DNA of 64,000 nt, from positions 4,278,001 through 4,342,000 of the forward strand of contig CP075493.1 of the NCBI GenBank assembly GCA_021613535.1, in the 5' to 3' direction. The stretch comes from Adineta vaga (lineage: Eukaryota > Animalia > Rotifera). Within the stretch, counting starts at the first letter, position 1; every line of letters begins with the position of its first letter. A program made the position numbers and the translations under genes. The notes under the pieces were generated by a model. The model searched no databases, was not told the origin of the DNA, and was given only the letters and a program-made list of their open reading frames with translations. Positions 24,529 through 36,576 of this stretch are shown piece after piece.

Positions 24529-25678
24529 TTCATTCATTGTTAATAAGAGAACCAGCACAAAAGTGGCCATAAACCGGCATACGAAGTGATACAAACGGAA
24601 ATTCATCATGAAAAACGACTGTTGTCGAAGAATATCCACACGAATAACTTGTATTACAGATAAATAAGATAGGGTGACCTTCAAAGAATCATATTATTAC
24701 TATAAATAATTATCTTGTTCAATAGGATAAAACTTACCGAGTATTTCGGATGTAGTAGTAGTTGACAATATTGTTGCAGGTGATGCTACTGTTGGTAGCG
24801 TTGGTGGATTCTCTACTATATCCATGATATAATTCAAATATGGTAATACACGCGTATAGAGTCCTTCCGTTAGACATGCATTACGAAAACTTGTTATACC
24901 AATAAGTTCATATCGTTGATTTTCATTAGAGTAGATCATCAATGGATTGCCAGTATTACCTACATATGAAACTATGTTATATTATCAATAACAATCAGAC
25001 AAAGAAATACCTGAACAAGTACCTAGAAAGGAAAAGCATCTAGTTAGAGATTTGTTTTCACGAAGAAGATTATTTACCACTTGCACAAAGTTGTGTATCG
25101 GCATTCGTGAATTGATTTGGAGTACATTGAGCATTTTTTTGTACGATAACTTGTTGTAACACTGATGCGACTGTTGCAGTGGGAATCGTTTCAGACGAAC
25201 CATTCCAACCGATCACTGTTAAGTTCATATTTTCTAGTATTGTTAAATCTGATATTTTTATTTGGGAGACATACGATGTAGTTAAATTGAATGGCAATGA
25301 AACACGTATAAGTGCTAGATCATTAAGGAAATGTTTATTGGTATAATTTGGATGAGAAATAAAGTGTGGTATAAAACGAATTTGTTCGGGCGGTTGATCA
25401 AGATTATTCAATGTATGTATACTTGCTTTAATTGTAAAGTGCGACATAAATACGATTGAACTTTGAAAACAACTATCAGATATCAGTAAGAATATATCAG
25501 AAATGATCACACCATTACAGTCGATTTTTATCAAATTTAAAAAATTCAATCGTAATAAAACCATCCAAGGATATTTACCCACGGACACCTCAGAACCATT
25601 GATTATTCTTGAATTGAATTGTTCAGAAAAATTGTAAGAAATCAATGTAAAGAAAAATAGTACATGAAAATAACTCAT
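24529..25678 (-). CDS. Secreted serine-protease homolog (non-catalytic) with a 12-nt micro-exon 25022-25011; 3' end runs into the duplicated protease relic and stops
   Basis: Signal peptide, RIINGSEV..YPWMVLL, NDLALI; TAAHC is ISDSC and GDSGGP is GNTGNP after splicing. Confidence 0.65.
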
Positions 25679-26170
25679 GATAATATTCTCTTTGTAGCGT
25701 TGCAACAGGAAATAATTGAAATATTAACAACAGCTACAGAAAGATAAGAATATGATCCTATGATAAGAAATTATAAATTGAAACATATTATTCATATGAT
25801 ATTTTTGACTCTAATACACCTAATTACATGAAACATGAATTCAGATAGTCAATTTCAAGAATTTCATTCATTTATTCGGACTAATTCTCTATTTTCAATT
25901 AGCAACTGATGATAAGTATTCCTATTGAAGAGAATATCCTAAAATAATATCAAACATATAATCTGAATAGAACTAAAATTAGTTGTTCGATATTTATAAA
26001 AGAAAGTTATTTCATTCTCCTATCAATTGTTATTCTTTTTTCTTCTCGTTCTTCTTATTATTAACAGAGATAAATATAAAAATCCACGTGTCTCCACTAC
26101 CGTACCGTATCTACTAACGATAAAACACTAACATCAACATACTTTTCTTTTACATTTTATAATCTATATC

Positions 26171-27157
26171 TTGATAGAGATGATTATTCTAGTTCTTTTT
26201 GCACTATTTCTTGATCAAATCTATCGCTTATATCGATATTTCTTTCCATATCCAAATATTGATTCAAAAGGAAAATATGTTCTAATTAGCGGTTGTGATA
26301 CAGGTTTTGGTCATACATTAGCCATTGAACTTGATAAACAAGGTTTCAATATATTTGCTGGCGTATTTAATTTAAGTAGTGAAACATCACTTCGTCAAAC
26401 TCTTTCACAACGAGCTACTGTCTTTCATTTGGATATTACAAAACAGGAAGATATCGATGCTGCATTTGCATTAATTCAAGCAAAAACAAATACACTACAT
26501 GCACTTGTCAATAATGCTGGTATTAGTACGAGTGGTTATATTGATTGGATGACAATGGATGCAATGCGACAAATAATGGATGTTAACTATTTTGGACATG
26601 TAGCTATGACAAAAATATTTTTACCTTTACTTATATCACAACAATACTCACGTGTTATTAATATCTGTTCTGTTGCTGGAATCATTTCAGCGCCTGTTAA
26701 ATCAGCTTATTCAGCATCAAAATATGCATTAGAAGCTTTTTCGGATTGTCTTCGTCGTGAAATGGCTCCGTGGGGTTTATATGTTAGTATTATCGAACCG
26801 GGTCCAATGCGAACACCGATTATTGAAGGACACAATGAATTTATGACTAAATTTTGGAACAAATCATCAGTAGATGTTCAACAACGATGGGGTGAAGATT
26901 TCCTTAAAACACAAATAAAAAAACTATCTGATAATTTTCTTTATCGCCATGCTGAAGATCCAGATAAAGTCGTTCAAGCACTTCAACACGCTGTCTTCAA
27001 TTCGAAACCTGAAACCCGTTATCGACCTGGTTGGCAATCAAAATTCTTCTTCTTTCCTTTATCTATGGCTCCTACTTGGCTCTCAGATTTTATTCTCATA
27101 CGTGCAATTAATTCTGGCATTACTCCTGCTGCAGCACGAAAACAACATACAGAATAG
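26171..27157 (+). CDS. SDR (RDH/HSD17B6-like), inverted member of the array; likely ATG 26180
   Basis: SGCDTGFG, LVNNAG, YSASK. Confidence 0.92.
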   Translation: MIEMIILVLFALFLDQIYRLYRYFFPYPNIDSKGKYVLISGCDTGFGHTLAIELDKQGFNIFAGVFNLSSETSLRQTLSQRATVFHLDITKQEDIDAAFALIQAKTNTLHALVNNAGISTSGYIDWMTMDAMRQIMDVNYFGHVAMTKIFLPLLISQQYSRVINICSVAGIISAPVKSAYSASKYALEAFSDCLRREMAPWGLYVSIIEPGPMRTPIIEGHNEFMTKFWNKSSVDVQQRWGEDFLKTQIKKLSDNFLYRHAEDPDKVVQALQHAVFNSKPETRYRPGWQSKFFFFPLSMAPTWLSDFILIRAINSGITPAAARKQHTE

Positions 27158-27725
27158 CACTCTACTTCTATATATAAAAAACGAATGAACATGTCATTTT
27201 GTTTTTAAATACTTGATTCAATCTAAAACTAGAATCATAGTTTTATTGATTAAAACGATTTATTCTATACTTTAATTTTTAATAATATTATCTTAAAAAC
27301 TATCATTTTGTAAAATTGCTTTTAATCTCGATGCACTCTCACTGATCAATAATAATTGATATTTGGATGGAAATAGTGATGTTGTTGTTCTATTTGTTAT
27401 TAAAGTCGTTAAAAGAAGTACAATATAGACACTTTAGCTCTGCTCCATTTGTCTTTCGAAGGAAAATCTCTATTTTCTTAGGCAATAGCGAACTGTGCTG
27501 AGTAAGAAACAATAATTGATCAGTCTTCGAGAACGTATTAACTTTAATGTGTTATAATCAAGGTTTTCTTCCAAACGAAGTACAATATGTATTAGACAAT
27601 TCTTCATTATGATGAATGTACTAAAAATTTCGTAAAAAAACCGTTTTTATTGGAATCGTTAAGAAGAACAGAAAAATATTCTTTTCATATTAAAAATGTA
27701 TAGTTTCTGATAAAATAAATCAAAT

Positions 27726-28709
27726 TTAATCTTGTAATTGATTTTGAATACCCGCAGGAATAGTACTTGATGTTCTTATTTTAGCTATTAAATAATCAAC
27801 AAGTCCAGCAGGTAACATTGATAATGGGAAAAAGATGACACTTGATTGAAATCCTGGTCGATAACGGATATGTGGAACCGTATTCATAACTGCATGTTGA
27901 AGAACTTGAATAACTTTGATTGGATCTTCAGCATTTTTCGTCATATCTTTATTTTCTAATCTTTTATGCCATCCTTTCAAATATGCTTCTCCCCATCGTT
28001 CTTGAACATCATTTGGAAGTGCACTAATAAATTCAGGATATGGTTTAACAGGATTTTCAATAATAGGTGTTCGCATAAATCCAGGTTCAATGATACTGAC
28101 ACGTAAATTCCATGGTGTCATTTCTCGACGAAGACAATCCGAAAATGCTTCAAGTGCATATTTTGATGCACAGTATGAAGACATACCTGGTGCTGCTAGA
28201 TAACCAGCAACGGAACAAATATTAACAACACGTGAATCACGTTTTGCTATAAGTAATGGTAGGAATTTTTTAGTCATAGCTATATGTCCGAAATGATTCA
28301 CATCCATGACTTTACGCATAGTTTCAATTGATGTCCAATCAATCAGATAACCAGCGCCTATACCTGCATTATTGACAAGTGCATGTAAAACTTTTGTTTT
28401 GCTAGTGATTAATTCAAATGCAGCATCAATATCTTCTTGTTTCGTAATATCGAGACGAAAAACTGTGGCTTTTGGTGAAAGTTTGTCTTTTAGTGAAACT
28501 ATACTCTCTGGAAGAAAGACACCAGCAAGAACATGAAAACCTTGTTTATCAAGTTCGAGAGCTAAACCATGACCAAAGCCACTATCACATCCAGAAATTA
28601 AAACATATTTTCCATTTGGATTGATATTTGGTGCTGGAAAGTATCGTTGATATATTCGAAAACCTATATAGAGTACAATAGCAGTGGTAATAATAAAACA
28701 CAACGTCAT
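27726..28709 (-). CDS. SDR (RDH/HSD17B6-like)
   Basis: Start set at MTLCFIITT by alignment with paralogs; SGCDSGFG, NNAG, YCASK. Confidence 0.92.
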   Translation of the reverse strand: MTLCFIITTAIVLYIGFRIYQRYFPAPNINPNGKYVLISGCDSGFGHGLALELDKQGFHVLAGVFLPESIVSLKDKLSPKATVFRLDITKQEDIDAAFELITSKTKVLHALVNNAGIGAGYLIDWTSIETMRKVMDVNHFGHIAMTKKFLPLLIAKRDSRVVNICSVAGYLAAPGMSSYCASKYALEAFSDCLRREMTPWNLRVSIIEPGFMRTPIIENPVKPYPEFISALPNDVQERWGEAYLKGWHKRLENKDMTKNAEDPIKVIQVLQHAVMNTVPHIRYRPGFQSSVIFFPLSMLPAGLVDYLIAKIRTSSTIPAGIQNQLQD

Positions 28710-29072
28710 GTTGAGATTTTGTATATCGAATGACGGCAAACTGTTGATTTGATAATATAAATGCAAAGAACGATAAAACACGAGTGCTTTTTTTCTCATT
28801 CTTCTGCGTAGCATGTTTTTTTTCTCTCTCTCTCTCTCTATTTTGTCAGTTCTTGTACTTTGTGTTTGTGGGGTTAAAGATATGTCGCATTCTACCATAC
28901 TTCATCGTTCGTTTATCAATTTCCAAAGCTTACAATACAATATATAATCGTATTTTATCTGTAGGGAAAAAAAAGGCAAAGGCAACCACGTTTTTTTGTC
29001 AGTCACAGTAAAAAAGAAAGAACAGATGAACAACATGTGTTTAATTGTATAGAATCTAGAATAATTTATTTT

Positions 29073-30053
29073 CTAATTCAAACGTTGTTTTTGTAGTTCA
29101 GCAGGAATAAAATGTAATACTTTAGCTAGAATTTTATCGACTAACCATACTGGCGGTAAATAAAACACGATAAAAATCATTTTTGCTTGCCATCCTGGTC
29201 GATAACGAATGGAAGGTTTTGTATTCATTACAGCATGCTCAATTGCTTTGACAACACTCAATGGATCATCTGCATGCTGAATGAAAGGACTTTCAACAGA
29301 TTGAGTGATAACATTGTTCAGGAAATCAATTCCCCACCGTTCTTGAATATCAGTAGCGAGTCCATTCCATAGTGCTCTCAAATTCTTTTCATAACCATCG
29401 GTCATTGAGGTTCGTAAAGTACCAGGTTCGATGATACTCACATATAAATTCCATGGAGACATTTCACGTCGAAGACAATCTGAAAATGCTTCAAGAGCAC
29501 ATTTCGAAGCAGAATAAGCAGATGTATTTGGAAATGCAAAGAACCCAGTTGCTGAACACATGTTAATTACACGAGAATAACGTTTAGTTAGAAGTAATGG
29601 TAAAAATGTCTTCGTCATGGCAACATGACCAAAATAATTCACATTCATTACTCGACGCATTATATCCATCGATGTCCAATCAATACATCCATGTGTAATA
29701 ATACCAGCATTATTAATAAGTGAATGAAGTGTATTCGTTTTCTTTTTTACTAATTGAAATGCAGCATCAATATCATCGTGTTTTGTAATATCAAGATGAA
29801 AGACAGTTGCTTTAGATGAAAGTTGAGCTGATAATGATATGATATTTTCTGCAAGAAAGACACCAGCAAGAACATGAAAACCTTGTTTATCAAGTTGCAG
29901 AGCTAGTAAATGACCTACACCAGTATCACATCCCGATATCAATACATATTTATTACTTGGATGAATATTAGATAGTGAGAAAATATGATTATTTAAACGA
30001 TAGATAATATAAGTTATTGTCACAATGATCACAATGATACAATAGAAAAACAT
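29073..30053 (-). CDS. SDR (RDH/HSD17B6-like)
   Basis: SGCDTGVG, INNAG, YSASK; first in-frame ATG at 30053. Confidence 0.9.
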   Translation of the reverse strand: MFFYCIIVIIVTITYIIYRLNNHIFSLSNIHPSNKYVLISGCDTGVGHLLALQLDKQGFHVLAGVFLAENIISLSAQLSSKATVFHLDITKHDDIDAAFQLVKKKTNTLHSLINNAGIITHGCIDWTSMDIMRRVMNVNYFGHVAMTKTFLPLLLTKRYSRVINMCSATGFFAFPNTSAYSASKCALEAFSDCLRREMSPWNLYVSIIEPGTLRTSMTDGYEKNLRALWNGLATDIQERWGIDFLNNVITQSVESPFIQHADDPLSVVKAIEHAVMNTKPSIRYRPGWQAKMIFIVFYLPPVWLVDKILAKVLHFIPAELQKQRLN

Positions 30054-30242
30054 TATACACCAATAAAGAAACAACGTGATTTATTCTTATCGTTCTGCAG
30101 TAAACGAACATGTATGTTGACTCTGCTATGTCACGTGGAGTATCGTGTTTGAAGTAGAGAACAACAAAAGTACAATGCAGGAACGAGAAAAAAAAACAAT
30201 ATATGTGAATGTGCAACAATTCATGAAGGCAAAACAAACTTT

Positions 30243-31214
30243 TTATTCAATAATTTGATTCCGAACACTAATAGGAGTTACAGTTTCTCCAAGATTCAAC
30301 AGATAGTCCATTACTTGAGTTGGACAGATATACGAAAGAAAAAAGAATAAGTTAGATTGCCATCCTGGACGATATCGAATAGCAGGATTGGTATTTGACA
30401 CTGCATGTTGTATTGCTACTATGACTTTACGTGGATTATCAGCACCAACTATTATTGAACTATTTTTTACTTGTAAAATCGTATTATTCAAGAAGTTGTT
30501 TCCATAACTGTTTTGAATATCCGTGGAAAGTTCTGTCCATGAATTTCTGATACGATCACTTATATTTTCAATAAAAGCAGTTCGCATTGCTCCTGGTTGA
30601 ATAATCGAGACGTATAGATTCCAAGGCATCATTTCACGACGAAGACAATCCGAAAATGCTTCTAATGCATGGTTTGCAGACGAAATAGCAGATGTTCCTG
30701 CGAAAGATACATAACCAGATATCGATGATACATTGATCACTCTTGAATAACGTTTAACAATGAGTAAGGGTAGAAACGTTTTCGTCATAGCAATATGTCC
30801 AAATAGATTTATATTCATTACTTTGCGCATTACTTCCATCGAAGTCCAATCAATAAGATAGCCATCAGCAATACCAGCATTATTAACAAGTGCATGTAAA
30901 ACTTTTGTTTTGCTAGTGATTAATTCAAATGCAGCATCAATATCTTCTTGTTTTGTAATATCGAGACGAAAAACTGTAGCTTTCGGTGAAAGTTTGTTTT
31001 TCAGTGAAACTATACTCTCTGGAAGAAAGACACCAGCAACAACATGAAAACCTTGTTTATCAAGTTCGAGAGCTAAACCGTGACCAAATCCACTATCACA
31101 TCCAGAAATTAAAACATATTTCCCATTTGGATTGATATTTGGTGATGGACGTAAATATTGATATAATCGATAGCTAAAATAGTATATGATTCCAAGGAGA
31201 ACTACTAGAAACAT
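30243..31214 (-). CDS. SDR-like protein with inactivated catalytic motif
   Basis: Intact 323-aa ORF with SGCDSGFG and NNAG, but YxxxK is replaced by ISSAN. Confidence 0.88.
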   Translation of the reverse strand: MFLVVLLGIIYYFSYRLYQYLRPSPNINPNGKYVLISGCDSGFGHGLALELDKQGFHVVAGVFLPESIVSLKNKLSPKATVFRLDITKQEDIDAAFELITSKTKVLHALVNNAGIADGYLIDWTSMEVMRKVMNINLFGHIAMTKTFLPLLIVKRYSRVINVSSISGYVSFAGTSAISSANHALEAFSDCLRREMMPWNLYVSIIQPGAMRTAFIENISDRIRNSWTELSTDIQNSYGNNFLNNTILQVKNSSIIVGADNPRKVIVAIQHAVSNTNPAIRYRPGWQSNLFFFLSYICPTQVMDYLLNLGETVTPISVRNQIIE

Positions 31215-31428
31215 ACCGACAATTATTATTTATTTGTGTGAAATATATGTATAATGATAAAAATAGAAATATGATAGTATGTTACTTTTTCTTATTCATC
31301 ACATGTTTATTCTATCTTCGTATGTGCGTTCATCCTTGACTAGTGTTTTCTTTTCATATTTTAAGAGAAAAAGAACTACCCAAAATCATTTTCCTTTTTA
31401 TTACTCGAAGTTTAACAAAGTAAATCAA

Positions 31429-32412
31429 TTAATCTTTGATTTGGTTTCGAATACCAGCTGGAGGAATAGATGTGTTAAGTAATTTGAACATCAACAAATC
31501 CGTTAACCAAGTCGGAAGCATTGAAAGTGGTTGGAACAAGAATTTGCCTTGTAAATCTGGTCGATATCGAATATGAGGTTTACTATTCATAACTGCATGT
31601 TGAAGTGCTCGTACTACTTTCATTGGATCCTCTGCATTCTTAATGCAAATATTATTTTTTATAGATTTATCAAGTAAATCATTGAAAAAATCTTCTCCCC
31701 AATTTTCACGTTTTTCTGTTTCCAGTCCATTCCACAAACTTTGTATTAAACGATCGTGTCCTTCAATAATAGGCGTTCGTAACCAGCCGGGTTCAACGAT
31801 ACTAACACGTAAATCCCAGTGAAACATTTCGCGTCGAAGACAATCTGAAAATGCTTCAAAAGCATGTTTGGAAGCACAATATGCTGCCATTCCAGGTGGA
31901 CTAGTAAAACCCATAACTGAACAAATATTAACAACACGTGAATCACGTTTTGCTATAAGTAAAGGTAGGAACTTCTTTGTCATGGTAACATGACCAAAAT
32001 AATTGACATTCATAATTTTACGCATAATTTCCATGGAAACCCAATCAATATATCCACCACTACCAATTCCAGCATTATTAACAAGTGCATGCAATACGTT
32101 CGTCTTCTCTTTCACGATTTCAAATGCAGCATCAATATCTTCTTGTTTCGTAATATCGAGACGAAAAACTGTGGCTTTCGGTGAAAGTTTGTCTTTTAGT
32201 GAAGCTGTACTCTCTGCGAGAAAAACACCAGCAAGTACATGAAAACCTTGTTTATCAAGTTCGAGAGCTAGACCATGACCAAATCCACTATCACATCCAG
32301 AAATTAAAACATATTTTCCATTTGGATTAATATTAGATGTCGGAAAGAAATGTTGATATAATAAATACGAGATATAGAGGATGATCAAACAGCCTATAAT
32401 TAAATAAACCAT
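31429..32412 (-). CDS. SDR (RDH/HSD17B6-like)
   Basis: SGCDSGFG, NNAG, YCASK. Confidence 0.92.
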   Translation of the reverse strand: MVYLIIGCLIILYISYLLYQHFFPTSNINPNGKYVLISGCDSGFGHGLALELDKQGFHVLAGVFLAESTASLKDKLSPKATVFRLDITKQEDIDAAFEIVKEKTNVLHALVNNAGIGSGGYIDWVSMEIMRKIMNVNYFGHVTMTKKFLPLLIAKRDSRVVNICSVMGFTSPPGMAAYCASKHAFEAFSDCLRREMFHWDLRVSIVEPGWLRTPIIEGHDRLIQSLWNGLETEKRENWGEDFFNDLLDKSIKNNICIKNAEDPMKVVRALQHAVMNSKPHIRYRPDLQGKFLFQPLSMLPTWLTDLLMFKLLNTSIPPAGIRNQIKD

Positions 32413-32502
32413 TCTTCGAAGTTATCTGAAAAATTAGAATGTTTTAATTATTTCTATATTTTTAAGAACAAAAAAGGTATAAAATCTTATAGAAAACAAA
32501 TT

Positions 32503-33468
32503 TTATCTTTGATGTGAGAGTCCTGCAGGACGCTCACCGAATCCAAGAGCAATCAGCTTATCAAGTAACCAATCAGGTAGAATCGACAACGGAAAAAAGA
32601 CAAGACTTGATTGCCATCCTGGTCGATAACGAATTTGTGGTTGACGACTAATTATGGCATGGTTGAGCGCGCGAATTACTTTTGATGCACATTCACGATA
32701 TTTAATAAATGGACTATGGATTACGAATTTTAACAATACATCAAAAAATTCTTCGCCCCATCGTTGTCGAACATCGGTAGATAATTCAAGCCAGATATTT
32801 CTTAATCTATCTTCTAGTCCTTCGCTGATCGTTGTTCTCATTGTACCTGGCTCAATAATACTAACACGTAAATTCCATGGAGCCATTTCACGTCGAAGAC
32901 AATCCGAAAATGCTTCAAGCGCATATTTTGACGAACAATAACCAGAAGAACCTGGAAGACTGATATAACCACAAATGGAACTAACATTAACTACACGAGA
33001 ATCTCGCTTTGCGATCAGTAATGGAAGGAATTTTTTAGTCATGACTGCATGTCCGAAGAAATTCACATCCATTACTTTACGCATACTTTCAATTGAAATC
33101 CAGTCGATATAACCAGCTGATGCAATACCAGCATTATTAACAAGTGCATGCAATACGTTCGTCTTCTCTTTCACGATTTCAAATGCAGCATCAATATCTT
33201 CTTGTTTCGTAATATCGAGACGAAAAACTGTGGCTTTCGGTGAAAGTTTGTCTTTTAGTGAAACTATACTCTCTGGAAGAAAGACACCAGCAAGAACATG
33301 AAAACCTTGTTTATCAAGTTCGAGAGCTAGACCATGACCAAATCCACTATCACATCCAGAAATTAAAACATATTTTCCATTCGGATTGATATTAGGTGAT
33401 GGAAGTAAATGTTGATATATTCGATAAATTATATATATGAATATTATGCTGCCAACAAATAAAAACAT
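32503..33468 (-). CDS. SDR (RDH/HSD17B6-like)
   Basis: ATG 33468 (MFLFVGSII); SGCDSGFG, NNAG, YCSSK. Confidence 0.92.
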   Translation of the reverse strand: MFLFVGSIIFIYIIYRIYQHLLPSPNINPNGKYVLISGCDSGFGHGLALELDKQGFHVLAGVFLPESIVSLKDKLSPKATVFRLDITKQEDIDAAFEIVKEKTNVLHALVNNAGIASAGYIDWISIESMRKVMDVNFFGHAVMTKKFLPLLIAKRDSRVVNVSSICGYISLPGSSGYCSSKYALEAFSDCLRREMAPWNLRVSIIEPGTMRTTISEGLEDRLRNIWLELSTDVRQRWGEEFFDVLLKFVIHSPFIKYRECASKVIRALNHAIISRQPQIRYRPGWQSSLVFFPLSILPDWLLDKLIALGFGERPAGLSHQR

Positions 33469-33931
33469 GATATTGTGTTTTTCAAAAGTACAAAAACACA
33501 ACACTATTTATATTTTTCTTTCATTTCTTCTTCAGTATACACAAACACGTGTTGAAATGTGTACTAAGAAAAGATTTATCTTCGTTCGGTTTCTTTTTAC
33601 TTTTTGTATGTAAAAGAAAAGTGCAAAATAATGATTGCGAGTTACATATCTTCCGATTATTATAAATCCTTTCCACATTTCAAAATATACATTTAATTGT
33701 AAATCAGAATTTTTTTAACTATTATATAGCAATTCTTTCTTTCTGACGTAGTATCCACTTATGCGCCTGCTCATTTTTATGATTCATTGTGCACTTTTGT
33801 ATGCTCTCTTTAAAAAAGAACTATTTAGAAAATTGTACTTACGATGATTGGAAAAAACCAGCTCTAATATAGAAGAAAATTTTGATCTGCATTGTTTCAC
33901 AATAAAAAAACGTCTATTTAAGAAATTCTTC

Positions 33932-36576
33932 ATGATGAAAAAGTGTTTTTCCTGTTCAGCTGATTTTGCAAATAATCCATACTACGCAAAGAACGATCAA
34001 TATTACTGCAGGAATTGCTATGAAGAACAATTTTGTAAGATATGTATAAGATGCAATCAAAAAATTAAAATTGGAGAAAACGTCAGTAGAATGTTGTTGC
34101 TCTTTATACTCAAGATTATATTTATTTCAGAGTTTAACATGGGGAAATAGACCGTGGCACAAAAAATGTTTTAACTGTACCAATTGCCTTTTCTCACTAC
34201 TACAGACGTCATCGATATTGAAGAATAGAGGTCAACCGTATTGTACAAGATGTTATAACAAAAACTTTTCACCTCGATGCCGTAAATGTGGCGAAGCTAT
34301 CGAGTCAGGTATTATCTAATGGATTATAATCGAAAGCTTGCCATTTTCTCTCGCAGGCACGTCACGGCTAAACCTAAACGGTTACAAAATTCATCCACAT
34401 TGTTTCACTTGCGCTCGATGTAATATATGTTTAAATAATCAAGTATATTACGAGCACGACCAAAGACAGTACTGCACATCATGTGATACCCAATACTTTT
34501 GTCCTAAATGTAAAACATGTGGAAATGCTATTGGTCGAGGTATGAAAGGTTTCCTAAAAGTTTTAATGCATTTGTAAACTACTAATGTGAATATGACCGA
34601 GATTTTCGACATTTTAACTCTGTAACTCTTGTTCATATTTTGATGAACTAAATAGTTTTGAAATTCAAGGTACAGGCTACTTGACGCTTGAAGGCCACTC
34701 AATTCATAATACGTGCTTTGTTTGTTTTGGTTGCGGACAAAGGATTAAAAGTTCCTATGTACGAAGAAACGATCAAAACTATCATTCATATTGTGTTGAT
34801 AATATTCATTTATTTCAAAGAAGATTTTCATTTCATGTACGTACACAATATTTTTTAGACTTATTTAATTTATTTAGTATATTGAAGGGAGCCAATCTCA
34901 ATAATCGGACTGAAGGTGAACAAACAAAGTACGTTCATGTGTAGTCAATAAGCAATTTAGTAAACTCGTTTCAATAATTTTATAGTTACAATAATTATGC
35001 ATCGGATGATTTTAAAAGAAGTAATATTTCAGAGTCAACTACAGTTACTCCACTTAATTTGAGAAGCTTAACAGCAAGGATTACTTCTCTACAGCAATTA
35101 ATGAGTAACCGGCAAACTATCGATGGTTCAACACCACAATTAAATCAGACAGCCGCGACATCATCAAGAGAGCAATATACTTCTAATGTGAACAGAGTGC
35201 AGAACTCTATTTTGTCAAAATCTGAACGCGCAAAGACTTCAGTTTCACGTCGTTCCACTGGTATGTATGTATGTATGGCATTTTCTTGTCTATATCTATA
35301 CACAGTGATTACTTTTCAGTTAAAAAATACTTAGCTAGCTATTGAAAGACGTTATTTATATGAAAGATATTGTACCAATGAGTGTTTTAGGTAGCTATTA
35401 TTATGAGTAGAAACTGTACATTATAGAAATAAATCTTATTATGAAAATTAGATTTATCCTATTCGTTGTAGTTGAAGCGACAATACAAAATCAACGAGCA
35501 ACACAAACTGACTCTCTTCCATCGACTCAACCACCAAATCAATCCGAAGAACATATTCAAAATCGAAAGTCATTTCGTCAGCCCTTGTTTTCACGAGGTG
35601 TATTATTAATAACTTTGACTTACAACAGTTTAATATGTTTGTTCCTTTTTAGATATACAACAGAGTACAATATCGAATCAAATGATTCATTCTAATACGT
35701 AAGTATATTACAAACTCTTGATGAAATAGTTTTCAGTTAGTATAAAGTCATATCTTATTTCTACTCTATCAACACATTCTAATGCAGATTGCTTCTACAA
35801 GTTGTTATCTTCTACTAGAACAAAATCTTATATAAAACAGCTTTTCTTCAAAGTCACAAAACTATTTTAGGGTACCACCAAAACCAGCACCACGTAAGAC
35901 AAAAGCATGTCAAGTGTGCTTTGACGAGAAACCTGCAGCGTCTTTCACTCAACGTATCAGTCGACAATGTAAACACCGTGAACGTAACATCTGTAATACA
36001 TGTATCTATGAACATATTGCTCAAGCATTTCAAAAGATGTGTAGCGATGATGTACGTTGTCCTGAGTTAAACTGTAGGATTATTTTGGATTACGAGGCAA
36101 TCAAAAAAATATTACAAGATGCTCGAAATATTGATCTTTTGCAGCGTTATGAACGATTTTATCTTGAACATCAGTTGGAGCAAATGCCAGAGTTTATTTG
36201 GTGTACTCATGCTTGTGGTTCAGGTCAACTTGCTGAACAAGGAGATCAAAATAATATTATTAGATGTGTGAAATGTCGTAAGAAATCATGCTTTATCCAT
36301 CGAGTTCATTGGCATGAGGGTCTTACATGTGCAAAGTATGACGAACAGATTGATTCGGGTAAACGAGCAACTGATCAATGGTTGGCACAACACACAAAAA
36401 ATTGTCCAAAATGTCGATATGGAATTGAAAAGACAACTGGTTGTGATCATATGACATGTACGCAATGTCATTTTGAATTTTGTTGGGCATGTCTAGCTGC
36501 CTATGCAGATATTCGAAGTGATGGTAATCATCGTCATTATCAACACTGTAAGCATTTTCGTGCATATCCTAAATGA
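33932..36576 (+). CDS. LIM-domain (half LIM + 3 LIM) / RBR E3 ubiquitin ligase fusion, ~9 exons
   Basis: LIM zinc ligands (CxxC..WHKKCFxCxxC..YCxxC) over four exons; S/T/Q-rich linker exons; RING1-IBR-RING2 with CPKC..IEKTTGCDHMTC..C..FCWAC; splice phases are compatible throughout. Confidence 0.8.

Larger units (their letters stand above)
18635..24594. repeat. Tandem segmental duplication of a ~2.35-kb unit (protease relic + SDR + SDR 3' fragment), about 2.1 copies
   Basis: Offset 2350 (19101 = 21451) before the inserted element and ~3270 after it (20523-21250 matches 23792-24519 essentially identically). Confidence 0.92.

Noticed and set aside
28710-28898. 63-aa N-terminal extension of the SDR in the ORF track
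   Set aside because: It runs through a (GA)n/poly-A tract; paralogs start at the position equivalent to 28709.
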